Shown: positions 24,856 to 34,609 of the stretch, piece after piece
How positions within the stretch are numbered: the stretch's first letter is position 1
How the letters are laid out: every line of letters begins with the position of its first letter
Assembly: GCA_964440095.1 (NCBI GenBank)
Contig: CAYTPZ010000007.1
Coordinates: 838 to 64,837 of the forward strand
Direction: 5' to 3'
DNA: 64,000 nucleotides
Origin: an uncultured bacterium
GTDB taxonomy: Bacteria > Krumholzibacteriota > Krumholzibacteriia > JACNKJ01
The notes under the pieces: model-generated
What the model saw: only the letters and a program-made list of their open reading frames with translations
Told to the model about the DNA's origin: nothing
Databases searched by the model: none
Made by a program: the position numbers and the translations under genes

Positions 24856-27840
24856 GTGAAACGCATTCTCCTCCTTATGGTTCTCATGGCGCTCATGGTC
24901 ACGTCTGCGTCTGCTCAGTATTTTGGGAAAAACAAAGTCCACTACGAGTCATTCGATTGGCGCGTTTATCACACGCCGCATTTCGATCTTTACTATTATC
25001 CCGAGGAAGAGGTGCTGGCCAGCCAGACAGCGCTTCTCGTGGAAGAGGCCTATGAGCGATTGGCTCTGCTGCTCGATCATCGTCCCAGCTCTCGCGTGCC
25101 CATGGTCCTCTACAGCGCGCATCCCTTTTTCCAGCAGACCAACGTAACGCCTTCGCTCATCAGTGAAGCCACCGGCGGTTTCACCGACATCTATCGCAGC
25201 CGCGTGGTGCTTCCTTACAACGGATCGGTTCCCGACTTCCGTCACGTGGTGACTCACGAGCTTGTGCACGTTTTCATGCTCGACATTCTCTACGGCGGCA
25301 TCGGCCCCGAACACGCCATGCGCAGCCTGGGACAAATGCAGATGCCACCGCTCTGGTTCATCGAGGGCATGGCCGAGTACCTTTCCACGGGATGGGATTC
25401 CGAGGCCGAACAGTTCCTGCAAGACTCCGTGGCCGGTGACTACCTCTACGATCTCGATAGCTACTTCGGCGGCTTCATGGTCTACAAAGAGGGCCAGGCC
25501 CTCATTCGTTTCCTGGTTGAAAACTATGGCGAGGGCGTGCTGGCCGAGCTCATTCGAGGAACCCGTCGCGAGCGAACCTTCGAGAAGAGTTTGGAAAAGC
25601 GCCTGGGCATGGATCTGAAAGAGCTCAGCCGCCAGTTCCGGCGCGAGGCTCGCGCCACCGCTTGGAAGAACATGGAAGGCCGCAAGGATCCCTCGCAACT
25701 GGCCTTTCCCCTGCGCGAACACGAGAAGGAACGAAAGGTTTTCTTCCGCAATCCGGTGCTTTCGCCGGCGGGCGATCGCGTGGCCTATTTCTCGGATCAC
25801 AAGGGCGAGGTGAATCTCTACCTAGCCGCGGTGGCCGATGGTAAGGAAATCCGCAAGCTGGTCACGGGGCATCGATCCAGTGGATTGGAAAGCCTTCACC
25901 CATTCGATTCGGGTGCCTGTTTCGATCCCACGGGTGAGCAACTTGTTTTCGTAGCGCTCAAGGGCGGCCGCGATGAACTGGTCGTGGTGGATGGTGAAAA
26001 TGGCGATGAAATTCTCCGCTTCCGCCCGCCGCTGGACAGCATGCGCCATCCGGCATGGTCGCCCGATGGAACGCGCATCGTGGTGTCGGGCGTGTCCGGC
26101 GGGATCACCGATCTGTGGATGCTGGATCTGGATAGCGAAAGCTGGTTCCCGCTCACGGAAGATTTGGCCGATGAGCAGGATCCCGCTTGGATCGACGACA
26201 CGCACTTGGTCTTCGCACGCCACCCGGCTCTGTTTTTTGACTTTTTTGAAAACGGTCCTTACGAACCCGGTGAGCTTTCCTTGGAGGACTTCGGCAAACA
26301 TCCGGAAGTCTTCGACACCACGCAGAACTACGACTTGTGGAGCATGCCGCTGGGTGGCATGGCCGCACCCTTGGTCGCCACGGCGGGTAACGACCGATCG
26401 CCGATGCCTGGCCCCGGTGGAGGATTCTTCTTCACCAGCGACGCCGCGGGTATGGAAGACCTGTGGGCATGGAAGCCCGGCGGCACGGCCCAGCGGGTTC
26501 TGGCCAGTGCCGGTGGTGTGCTCGATCCCAACCTTTCCGCCGATGGCCAGGGAATCGTTTTCGCCACTCTTCGCCACGGCGGCTACGACATCTTCCTGCA
26601 CGAGGATATGGCAAATCTCGCGCCCGAAGAAGAGTCGCCAAGTTCGGCGATCTGGGCCTATCAGCCCTTCAATCAGGTCATGCCGGAGCCCAGTACTTCG
26701 GAAAGTGACGGAGAGGCCGAAGAACCCGATTCCCTGGCAGGATTGTCGGAAGATTACAAGGTACGCTTCCTGGTGGATGCGGTGGGCCGGCAGCTGACCT
26801 ATCACAATCTCTACGGCTTTTACGGCAGCAGCGTCATCCAATTGAAGGACGTGCTCGGCGACCATGAGATGCTCATCATGCTCGACATCTTCGGGCGCAT
26901 CAGCGATTCGAATTTTCTCTTCGGCTACACCAATCGGCAGAAGCGTTTCAACTGGAGCGCGGGGGCCTACAGCTTCCTGAACTTTTACCAGAGCACCGTG
27001 AGCGGCCTGGAAGAAACCCTGCCCGAGGATCGCCTCTTCTACGAATGGAGTCGCGGAGTCTGGGCGGGGGGCATCTATCCCTTCAGCCTTTTCACACGCC
27101 TGGAAGCCGATCTCAATTTTTACTACACACGGCGCGAGTACTTCACCGAGTTCGATCTCTTTGGAGATCCCGTGGATGTGCAGGAACGCGATCCCGAGCA
27201 GCGCCTGCTCGTGCAGCCGGGTCTCTCACTGGTGCACGACGACGCGCTTTTCGATTACCTGGGTCCTGTGAAGGGCAGTCGCTGGATCGCCAGCCTCAGC
27301 TACGCCACCGATGTGGCCGGTGATATCGACGTGAACCGCTGGGTCGGTGTGGCCGACTGGCGGAAATATTACCTGGGCCCCGGTGGACACAGCCTGGCCC
27401 TGCGTCTTTCTGCCCGCCGAAGCGATGGCCTATCCAAAGATGGCAAGGGCGACCCGCTCTATTTCCACCTTGGAGGTCCATCCAGCTTGCGCGGCTACGA
27501 TTACCTGGAATTCGCCGGCACGCGCACGGTGCTGGGCAGCATCGAATGGCGTTTCCCATTCATTCGCGGAGTCTGGTTCGGCGGACCCATTCCATTGGCC
27601 TTGGGGAACATCGGCGGCGCTTTCTTCGCGGACTTCGGCGGTGCATGGAACGAGAACGACAAGTTCCAGGCCACGAGCACCGACGGAGGCTATCGCCTTC
27701 AGGATCTTCGCGGCGACATCGGCTATGGCCTCAGGTTCAATCTGGGCGGCTGGCTGCTGCTCTGGGACTTCGCCTGGCCGACTAACTTGCAGGAGATGGG
27801 GGACCGACGGGTGCACTTCAGTATTGGGGCGCAGTTCTAG
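24856..27840 (+). CDS. Peptidase MA-like metalloprotease + PD40/TolB-like propeller + Omp85-type barrel fusion
   Basis: QYFGKNKV.Y..FDW, HELVH...WFIEGMAEY, repeats PVLSPAGDRVAY/PAWSPDG, then LGGPSSLRGYD...FFADFGGAW. Ends SIGAQF. Confidence 0.8.
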   Translation: MKRILLLMVLMALMVTSASAQYFGKNKVHYESFDWRVYHTPHFDLYYYPEEEVLASQTALLVEEAYERLALLLDHRPSSRVPMVLYSAHPFFQQTNVTPSLISEATGGFTDIYRSRVVLPYNGSVPDFRHVVTHELVHVFMLDILYGGIGPEHAMRSLGQMQMPPLWFIEGMAEYLSTGWDSEAEQFLQDSVAGDYLYDLDSYFGGFMVYKEGQALIRFLVENYGEGVLAELIRGTRRERTFEKSLEKRLGMDLKELSRQFRREARATAWKNMEGRKDPSQLAFPLREHEKERKVFFRNPVLSPAGDRVAYFSDHKGEVNLYLAAVADGKEIRKLVTGHRSSGLESLHPFDSGACFDPTGEQLVFVALKGGRDELVVVDGENGDEILRFRPPLDSMRHPAWSPDGTRIVVSGVSGGITDLWMLDLDSESWFPLTEDLADEQDPAWIDDTHLVFARHPALFFDFFENGPYEPGELSLEDFGKHPEVFDTTQNYDLWSMPLGGMAAPLVATAGNDRSPMPGPGGGFFFTSDAAGMEDLWAWKPGGTAQRVLASAGGVLDPNLSADGQGIVFATLRHGGYDIFLHEDMANLAPEEESPSSAIWAYQPFNQVMPEPSTSESDGEAEEPDSLAGLSEDYKVRFLVDAVGRQLTYHNLYGFYGSSVIQLKDVLGDHEMLIMLDIFGRISDSNFLFGYTNRQKRFNWSAGAYSFLNFYQSTVSGLEETLPEDRLFYEWSRGVWAGGIYPFSLFTRLEADLNFYYTRREYFTEFDLFGDPVDVQERDPEQRLLVQPGLSLVHDDALFDYLGPVKGSRWIASLSYATDVAGDIDVNRWVGVADWRKYYLGPGGHSLALRLSARRSDGLSKDGKGDPLYFHLGGPSSLRGYDYLEFAGTRTVLGSIEWRFPFIRGVWFGGPIPLALGNIGGAFFADFGGAWNENDKFQATSTDGGYRLQDLRGDIGYGLRFNLGGWLLLWDFAWPTNLQEMGDRRVHFSIGAQF

Positions 27841-27878
27841 CAGTATCATGTTCGGCACTTCCGAGTTTTGTGTGGTTA

Positions 27879-28072
27879 GCGTGCATGATTCACCGTTTTC
27901 GGTTCCTTACCTGCGCGCCGAGTGCCGGCTTGTCCAATCGTCCACCCGGGTGGATTGCTCGCCCTATCAGGTGATCGTGCAGCACTGCCCGGCTTGCGAG
28001 TCGAAAACGGTGGGGCCTGAGCAGCGTAATCTGAGCGCAGCGGGTAGGCGCAGGTCGAAAGCCGTTCCGACC
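27879..28072. ncRNA. Unassigned structured intergenic element (candidate ncRNA or leader)
   Basis: 11-bp stem 27891-27901/28002-28012 encloses further stems and the palindrome TCCACCCGGGTGGA. Downstream hairpin AGGTCG/CGACCT. Confidence 0.3.
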
Positions 28073-28182
28073 TTATTCCATGGGGATCCGTGCTGTTCCG
28101 CGCCCATCCGAACAGTCCTATTGCCAGCACCTTCCATCTCGTCTACCTTCGCCCTCAAACATCATCGCAAAGGATTCACCGT

Positions 28183-30474
28183 TTGCAGCTCAATCCCCCT
28201 CAGCAGGAGGCCGTGGATCACGGCGCAGGCCCCTGTCTCGTCATCGCCGGTGCGGGCAGCGGCAAAACCCGCGTGCTCACGAATCGTATCGAGCGCCTGG
28301 TCATTCTGGGCGTCGCCCCTTGGCGCATTCTCGGTTTCACATTTACCAACAAAGCCGCCGGCGAGATGCGCACGCGGCTCGAAACTTCCCTGGGGCGCGT
28401 GGCGCAGCGACTGTGGCTGGGCACATTCCACGCCACGGGTGTGCGCATTCTGCGACGCGAATGGGAAGCGGCGGGAATCGATCGAGATTTCAACATCTAC
28501 GATGCGGATGATCAGCAGGCCCTGCTAAAGCGCGTGATCAAAGACCTGTCACTGCCCGACGGCAGTTTCACACCCCAGTCTGCGCGCGGGGCGATAGAGC
28601 GGCTGAAGCGCTCGCTCATTCGTCCCGAGCAATTGAGCAACGAGGCCGACGGCTTCAAGGAAGCTCAACTCGCGCGAGTCTACAAAGCCTACGAAGACGG
28701 ACTTCGCCGCGCGAGTGCCTTGGACTTCACCGACCTCATTGCCCGCCCCGTACGCCTTTTCGAAGAAGACGAGGAGGCCGCCCGCCGCTGGGCCGAGCGC
28801 TTCGACTACGTACTCGTGGACGAGTTCCAGGATACCAACCGTCTTCAGATGCGATTCATCGAACTCTTGTCGGCCGCCTGCGGGAATCTCTTCGTGGTGG
28901 GCGACGACGACCAGTCCATCTACGGATGGCGCGGCGCGGAAGTAGCGAACATCTTGGGATTCGAGAAACAGTGGGACGGTTGCAAGGTCATCCGCCTGGA
29001 ACAGAACTACCGGTCGACGCAGCCCATTCTCGAAGTGGCCAACGCGGTCATATCCCACAACACGACGCGCAAGGGAAAGAATCTGTGGACCGCCCAAAAA
29101 GAGGGCGAAAAGGTACAGGTGCTCACGGTCCTCGATGAAGATGAAGAGGCCGAGTCCCTGGCCCGGCGAGTTCGCGCGGCGGGTTCGAAAGATCAGGACT
29201 GGACGCGCTTTGCCGTGCTCTATCGCACCCATGCCCAGAGCCGCTCCCTGGAAGCTGCGCTGGGCAAGTATCGCATTCCCTATCGCATCATCGGCGGCAC
29301 TCGATTCTACGATCGCAAAGAGATTCGCGACATGCTGGCCTACCTCAAGGCCGCCGCCAATCCCGCCGACACGGTGAGCCTACTTCGTATTCTCAATACG
29401 CCGCCACGGGGAATCGGTAAAACCAGTGAAGCCCGATTGCTGGACCTGGCCCGCCGCAAGGAACTGGAACCGGGAATGCTGCTCACCGCCTTTCCCGAAT
29501 TCATCGACGAGCTTCCCGCCGCCGCAGCCGCGCGCATGAAAGAGTTCGGCAAACTGCTGCTGTCGCTGAGCAGCGATCCCTCAAAAGACGCGGCACCCTC
29601 GGTGCTCGAGCGTCTGCTGGAGAAGGTGCCTTATCTGGAATACCTCAGCGGTAGCGATCCCGAGCAGTCCGCCACACGCAAGGAAAACGTGGAGGAACTG
29701 GTGAGCGCAGGCCAGGCTTTCTTTGAGTTGCGTCTGGGGCAGTCGGTGTCCGAGGAGGATCGAGAAGATCGCGTGGGTACGCCCGGCTCCCTGGTCGATT
29801 TTCTGGCCGACGTGGCCCTCGTGGCCGACGTGGATAGCCTCGACGCCGGCGCCAACGCCGTCACGCTCATGACTCTGCACAATGCCAAGGGGCTGGAGTA
29901 TGATTCCATCCACCTCACGGGAGTTGAGGAGGGGCTGCTTCCTCACGCCATGAGTATTGGTGAAGATTCGGAAATCGAAGAAGAGCGCCGGCTGTTTTAT
30001 GTCGGCGTTACTCGCGCCTGCAAGCGTTTGGTGATCAGCCACGCCCTCAATCGCCGTCGATTCGGCGACACGCTTCCCGCTTCGCCCAGCCGTTTTCTGG
30101 ATGAGCTTCCCGATGAGTGGGTGCAGCGAGAGGGCGAGGAACTGGCCCATCGCGCCGACACCTTCGCCCCGCGGCGGCAAAGTTACGCATCCAGTGGAAA
30201 CTGGGCGGGAAGGCGTTCTGGCGGCGTAACTCGCGCACCGGCGAGCAGGGGCGGCGAGTGGAACGATATCAGCCAGGAAACGCCCGACTATGATGACATG
30301 AGCCAGGAAGAGCATGGGCTGCGTGTGGGCCAGCGGGTCATGCATCCCAGCCTGGGCCCCGGAACGGTGCACAAACTCGAGGGCGGCGGTGAGAAGTTGC
30401 GGGTCATCGTGATGTTTGATAAAAAGGGACCAAGGAAACTCATGGCCAGGGTGGCGGGACTGAAACCGCTCTAG
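28183..30474 (+). CDS. uvrD: ATP-dependent DNA helicase UvrD/PcrA
   Basis: AGAGSGKTRVLT, FTFTNKAAGEM, VDEFQDTN, VGDDDQSIYGWRGA, LEQNYRS, TLHNAKGLEY, EERRLFYVGVTRA. Probable TTG start at 28183 after AAGGA. Confidence 0.95.
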   Translation: MQLNPPQQEAVDHGAGPCLVIAGAGSGKTRVLTNRIERLVILGVAPWRILGFTFTNKAAGEMRTRLETSLGRVAQRLWLGTFHATGVRILRREWEAAGIDRDFNIYDADDQQALLKRVIKDLSLPDGSFTPQSARGAIERLKRSLIRPEQLSNEADGFKEAQLARVYKAYEDGLRRASALDFTDLIARPVRLFEEDEEAARRWAERFDYVLVDEFQDTNRLQMRFIELLSAACGNLFVVGDDDQSIYGWRGAEVANILGFEKQWDGCKVIRLEQNYRSTQPILEVANAVISHNTTRKGKNLWTAQKEGEKVQVLTVLDEDEEAESLARRVRAAGSKDQDWTRFAVLYRTHAQSRSLEAALGKYRIPYRIIGGTRFYDRKEIRDMLAYLKAAANPADTVSLLRILNTPPRGIGKTSEARLLDLARRKELEPGMLLTAFPEFIDELPAAAAARMKEFGKLLLSLSSDPSKDAAPSVLERLLEKVPYLEYLSGSDPEQSATRKENVEELVSAGQAFFELRLGQSVSEEDREDRVGTPGSLVDFLADVALVADVDSLDAGANAVTLMTLHNAKGLEYDSIHLTGVEEGLLPHAMSIGEDSEIEEERRLFYVGVTRACKRLVISHALNRRRFGDTLPASPSRFLDELPDEWVQREGEELAHRADTFAPRRQSYASSGNWAGRRSGGVTRAPASRGGEWNDISQETPDYDDMSQEEHGLRVGQRVMHPSLGPGTVHKLEGGGEKLRVIVMFDKKGPRKLMARVAGLKPL

Positions 30475-30513
30475 CCAGCGCGACCGAGCCTAGTTTTCCA
30501 GCAGGGTGCTAAC

Positions 30514-30816
30514 ATGGAAATTACCGACAAACTTCTGCGCGAGATCGAGAGTCTGGCCCGACTGCCTTTGCAGCTTGGCGAGCGGGAGTCTTTGCGTAAA
30601 GACCTGTCGCGTATTCTAGATCATTTCGAATCTCTGGCCGAACTGGATCTCGAAGGTGTGGAGCCCAGTTCCCATGCAACTCATGCCGAGCCTTTCTATC
30701 GCGATGATGAGCCGCGTCCGGGCATCGGCAGCAAGGTCGCGCTCTCTGGCGCCGCCGAGGTCGAAGACGGACACTTCCGCGTGCCGCCCATTATCGGCGA
30801 GGATGAACATGCCTGA
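30514..30816 (+). CDS. gatC: Asp/Glu-tRNA amidotransferase subunit C
   Basis: LARL...L..IL..F..L.ELD..GVEP...RDD...L..A.....G.F.VP. Lies directly before gatA. Confidence 0.9.
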   Translation: MEITDKLLREIESLARLPLQLGERESLRKDLSRILDHFESLAELDLEGVEPSSHATHAEPFYRDDEPRPGIGSKVALSGAAEVEDGHFRVPPIIGEDEHA

Positions 30817-32251
30817 GCGCCCGGGACTTCGCGAAGCGGTGGAGGGAATTCGCGCCGGGAAATTCAGTTCGCGCGAATTGGCTGAAAACTGTCTATCGCG
30901 CATCGAAGCGTTGAATGGGAAGCTGGGTGCCTTCGCGCACTGGGATACCGGCGCCTGCGATACCGAAGTCCAAGACGGGCCTTTGACCGGTGCTCCCTAC
31001 GCGCTCAAGGACAATCTCTGTCGAGAAGGCACACTCACGGCCTGCGCATCCAAGATTCTCGAAGGATGGATTTCCCCCTACAACGGCGGCGCAGCCCAGC
31101 GCATGGAAGATGCCGGCGCACGCTACCTGGGTAAAACCAACATGGACGAGTTCGCCATGGGATCGTCCACCGAATACAGCGTCTATGGTCCCACGAAAAA
31201 TCCCTGGGATTTGACGCGCAGCGCGGGCGGCAGCAGTGGAGGATCGGCCGCCTCCGTCGCCGCCGAAATGGTGCCACTGGCCCTGGGCACGGACACAGGC
31301 GGATCCATCCGCCAGCCCGCCGCCTTCTGCGGCATCGTGGGCGTCAAACCCAGCTACGGCCGCGTGAGCAGAAGCGGCTTGGTGGCCTTCGCCAGCAGTC
31401 TTGATCAGATCGGAACACTCACCCGCGATGTGGGGGATGCAGCCCTGGCCCTGGAAAGTCTCATGGGGCAGGATCCTCTCGATGCCACCAGCCTGGGCGA
31501 ACCCATACCCGCCCTTCAGCCTGAACTCGAGCGCGGTGTGAAAGGCCTGAAGTTCGGCATTCCGGCCGAAGACCAGTGGATGCAGCTCGACGCAGGCCCG
31601 GCACGCATTTTCCAGGAATCAGTTGACGCTCTTCGCGACGCAGGCGCCGAGCCCGTGGAAATCACCTTGCCTCACGCGAAACATTCGGTGGCTGCCTACT
31701 ATCTCATCGCCACGGCCGAGGCCAGCAGCAATTTGGCGCGCTACGACGGCCTGCGTTTCGGCCCCCGTCGCGATGCGGAGACGCTGGAGGAGTTGCTCCT
31801 CGCCAATCGCAGCCAGGGATTCGGCGCCGAGGTGAAGCGTCGCATCCTGCTGGGTACCTTTGCCCTGTCGGCCGGCTATGTGGAAGCCTACTACCAGCGA
31901 GCGCAGAAGACCCGCACGCTTATCCGAAACGATTTCCAGGCGGCTTTCGAAAAAGTCGATTTCATGGTGATCCCCACAACGCCGACGCCGGCTTTCAAGC
32001 TGGGTGAGATGAGCGATGATCCTCTGTCCATGTATTTGTCCGACATCTTCACCCTGCCGGCCAGCTTGGCCGGGCTGCCTGCGGCCAGCGTTCCCTGCGG
32101 TTTAGATGACGGCCTGCCCCTGGGTACACAGATTTGGGCCAGGCCCCTCGGCGAAGCCATGCTCATTCGCGCGGCGGCCAGCCTGGAGAAAGCCTTCCCC
32201 TTCGGCAAAGTTCGGCAGGCGGCACTGGCATCCCTTGAGGAGGCACCATGA
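30809..32251 (+). CDS. gatA: Asp/Glu-tRNA amidotransferase subunit A
   Basis: GKTNMDEFAMGSSTE, GGSSGGSAA, GTDTGGSIRQPAAFCG, EASSNLARYDG, EVKRRILLGT. Confidence 0.97.
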   Translation: MPERPGLREAVEGIRAGKFSSRELAENCLSRIEALNGKLGAFAHWDTGACDTEVQDGPLTGAPYALKDNLCREGTLTACASKILEGWISPYNGGAAQRMEDAGARYLGKTNMDEFAMGSSTEYSVYGPTKNPWDLTRSAGGSSGGSAASVAAEMVPLALGTDTGGSIRQPAAFCGIVGVKPSYGRVSRSGLVAFASSLDQIGTLTRDVGDAALALESLMGQDPLDATSLGEPIPALQPELERGVKGLKFGIPAEDQWMQLDAGPARIFQESVDALRDAGAEPVEITLPHAKHSVAAYYLIATAEASSNLARYDGLRFGPRRDAETLEELLLANRSQGFGAEVKRRILLGTFALSAGYVEAYYQRAQKTRTLIRNDFQAAFEKVDFMVIPTTPTPAFKLGEMSDDPLSMYLSDIFTLPASLAGLPAASVPCGLDDGLPLGTQIWARPLGEAMLIRAAASLEKAFPFGKVRQAALASLEEAP

Positions 32252-33684
32252 GTCTGCCCGCGGGATGGGAAATGGTCATCGGCCTTGAGGTGCATGCGCA
32301 GCTCAAAACGCGCAGCAAGATTTTCTGCGCCTGTCCCACCGGATTTGGAGGCGAGGCCAATAGTCGAACCTGTCCGGTCTGCCTCGGCATGCCAGGGGCT
32401 CTTCCCGTACTCAATCGGCGAGTCGTGGAAATGACAGCGTTATTGGGGCTGACCCTGGGATCCCGTGTGGCCCTTCGCAGCCAGCTGGCTCGGAAAAACT
32501 ACTTCTACCCCGACCTGCCCAAGGGTTATCAGATTTCCCAGTACGATCAGCCCCTGTGCGAGGGCGGCGCGGTGGAAATTCCCTTCGACGGTGGCCGCCG
32601 AAAAATCGCTCTGACACGCATTCACATCGAAGAAGATGCGGGCAAGAATGTTCACCTCGATGGACGATCACTGGTGGATCTGAATCGCTGCGGCACGGCC
32701 CTGGCCGAAATCGTCAGCGAGCCAGGCATGCGCAGCCCCGAAGAAGCGCGGGAGTATCTGGGACGACTTCGTCAGGTCCTGCTCTGGATAGGCATCAGCG
32801 ACGGCAACATGGAGGAAGGATCCCTGCGCTGCGACGCCAACGTTTCGGTGCGGCGTGTGGGGGAGGCCGAACTGGGTCAGCGCACCGAACTCAAGAATCT
32901 CAATTCCTTCAAGGCCGTTGCAGCAGCCCTGGCCTTCGAGGCCGAGCGGCAGGTGGCGGTGCTTGAATCCGGCGGAACGGTGGAAAAGGCCACACTTCTT
33001 TGGGATGCCCATGAAAAGCGCAGCCGACCTCTTCGCGGCAAGGAAGAGAGCAAGGATTATCGATACTTCCCCGAGCCCGATTTGCTTCCCGCAAGTCTTA
33101 GCGAGAAGGCACTGTCTGCCCTGAGCGCCAGCCTGCCAACCCTGCCTCTGGATCGCCTGGATTCACTCATGGATCAGCACAAGCTGGATTTCTACGAAGC
33201 CGACATCCTCACCCGCGACAGCGCCATGGTTGATTACTTCGAAGCTCTCTCCAAAGCCTGCTTCGATTCCAAAGCCGCCGCCCGTTGGATGCTGGGGGAA
33301 CTGGCCCGTCAGCTCAACGAACGTGGCCTGAGCATCGTAGATTTGAAACTAGAACCCGACTCTCTCGCGGAACTCATCGTTTTGGAGAAGGAAGGCAAGC
33401 TCAGTGGTCTGGCGGCCAAGAGCGTGCTGGAGAAAATGCTGGAGGAGGGTGGTTCGGCCGTCGAGTGGATGGATCGATTGGATCTGGCTCAGCTCAGCGA
33501 TGCGGACGAATTGGCGGATCTGGTGAAATCCGTGATCGAGGCCAACCCCAAGGAGGTGGAGCGCTATAGAGCTGGGCGGAAGAAACTCTTCGGGTTTTTC
33601 GTGGGGGAGATCATGAGTGCCACCAAGGGCAAAGCCGATCCCAAGGAAGTGGGACGCCTGCTTCGCGAAGGTCTGGACACTTAG
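32248..33684 (+). CDS. gatB: Asp/Glu-tRNA amidotransferase subunit B
   Basis: VIGLEVHAQL, RKNYFYPDLPKGYQISQ, IHIEEDAGK, EGSLRCDANVS, DYRYFPEPDL. Confidence 0.97.
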   Translation: MSLPAGWEMVIGLEVHAQLKTRSKIFCACPTGFGGEANSRTCPVCLGMPGALPVLNRRVVEMTALLGLTLGSRVALRSQLARKNYFYPDLPKGYQISQYDQPLCEGGAVEIPFDGGRRKIALTRIHIEEDAGKNVHLDGRSLVDLNRCGTALAEIVSEPGMRSPEEAREYLGRLRQVLLWIGISDGNMEEGSLRCDANVSVRRVGEAELGQRTELKNLNSFKAVAAALAFEAERQVAVLESGGTVEKATLLWDAHEKRSRPLRGKEESKDYRYFPEPDLLPASLSEKALSALSASLPTLPLDRLDSLMDQHKLDFYEADILTRDSAMVDYFEALSKACFDSKAAARWMLGELARQLNERGLSIVDLKLEPDSLAELIVLEKEGKLSGLAAKSVLEKMLEEGGSAVEWMDRLDLAQLSDADELADLVKSVIEANPKEVERYRAGRKKLFGFFVGEIMSATKGKADPKEVGRLLREGLDT

Positions 33685-34439
33685 CGCTTCTTCTTGCCGA
33701 ACTCCTCACGGGCAAGGCGCGATTCCTCGCTGCAATAAGCTTCATGTCGAATGGACGCCACCTCATCGAGAATCTCAGGCGGCAGGCTTTCAGATTCATC
33801 CAGCAGATTGAGTAGGCGCCGGGTTCCACGAAGCGCCAGATCCGTGCCCTTGTCGATTTCCTTCAGCACACTCTGGGTTTCCTTCTCGATCTTTTCCTGA
33901 GGCACCAATCGATTCAAGAAACCTTCCTCGAAGGCCCGGCGGGCCGTGATGGGCGATCCCGTAAGCAGCATTTCGCGTGTGAGGGCCGCGCCCAAACGGC
34001 TGGCTAAGCGCCGCATGCCCGAGTGGCTGTAAACCAATCCCAAGCGTACCGATGGCAAGGCAAAACGCGAACCCTCTACGCCGATGCGAATGTCGGCGCA
34101 AGAGAGCAATTCGATGGCGCCGCCGTAGGCGTCGCCTTGAATGGATGCCACGATGGGCGACTCGTATCGCGCGAGCTCGTTCATCACCCGCTGAAAGGGA
34201 TCGCGGTCGCGCACGCTCGCGTCGGCGTGAAAGATATTCTCGGGGATGGCATCAATGGGATAGCCGGTGCTGAAGTGCTTACCCCTAGAGGCTAACAACA
34301 AGACCGGGGAGCCCGCCGCACGAAACTGTTCGAGAGCTTCGAGGGTGCCATCGAGCATTTCCGGGGTCAGCATGTTTCGAGGAGGGTCGTTCAGGCGCAG
34401 AACAGCGCCCTGATCATTGAGAGTAACTTCCAGTTTCAT
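33681..34439 (-). CDS. Crotonase-superfamily protein lacking the second catalytic Glu (ScpB-like)
   Basis: FSTGY, YGGAIEL...D.RI, LPSVRLGLVY, LLTGSPITARRA. ATG at 34439. Stop overlaps the gatB stop. Confidence 0.8.
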   Translation of the reverse strand: MKLEVTLNDQGAVLRLNDPPRNMLTPEMLDGTLEALEQFRAAGSPVLLLASRGKHFSTGYPIDAIPENIFHADASVRDRDPFQRVMNELARYESPIVASIQGDAYGGAIELLSCADIRIGVEGSRFALPSVRLGLVYSHSGMRRLASRLGAALTREMLLTGSPITARRAFEEGFLNRLVPQEKIEKETQSVLKEIDKGTDLALRGTRRLLNLLDESESLPPEILDEVASIRHEAYCSEESRLAREEFGKKKR

Positions 34440-34510
34440 CAGGAGCTTCGATCCCCTTGGTGGCGTGGCTCGGTTCGGCCGGAATTCTAGCTCAGACAGG
34501 GCACAAAGAA

Positions 34511-34535
34511 AAGGGGAGAGCAATGCCCTCCCCTT
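34511..34535 (-). terminator. Intrinsic terminator downstream of the dockerin-like gene
   Basis: On the minus strand: hairpin AAGGGGAGGGCATTGCTCTCCCCTT followed by TTCTTT. Confidence 0.7.
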
Positions 34536-34609
34536 CCTGCTCAATGGACTTGTGATTCCGGTTTAGCCCAAGGGGCCAAGAAACATGCGAGACGTTTCGA
34601 AATCAGTCT

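Noticed and set aside
27841-28182. tmRNA, RNase P RNA, SRP RNA or a known riboswitch in the gap
   Set aside because: No GGGGC...CCACCA ends, no GAGGAAAGTCC, no CAGG..GGAAG.AGCAG, and no recognisable riboswitch core on either strand.
27347-28528. 393-aa plus-strand ORF spanning the Omp85-uvrD gap
   Set aside because: Overlaps two real genes out of frame, has Ser/Pro/Arg/Cys-rich non-protein-like composition, and lacks an RBS.
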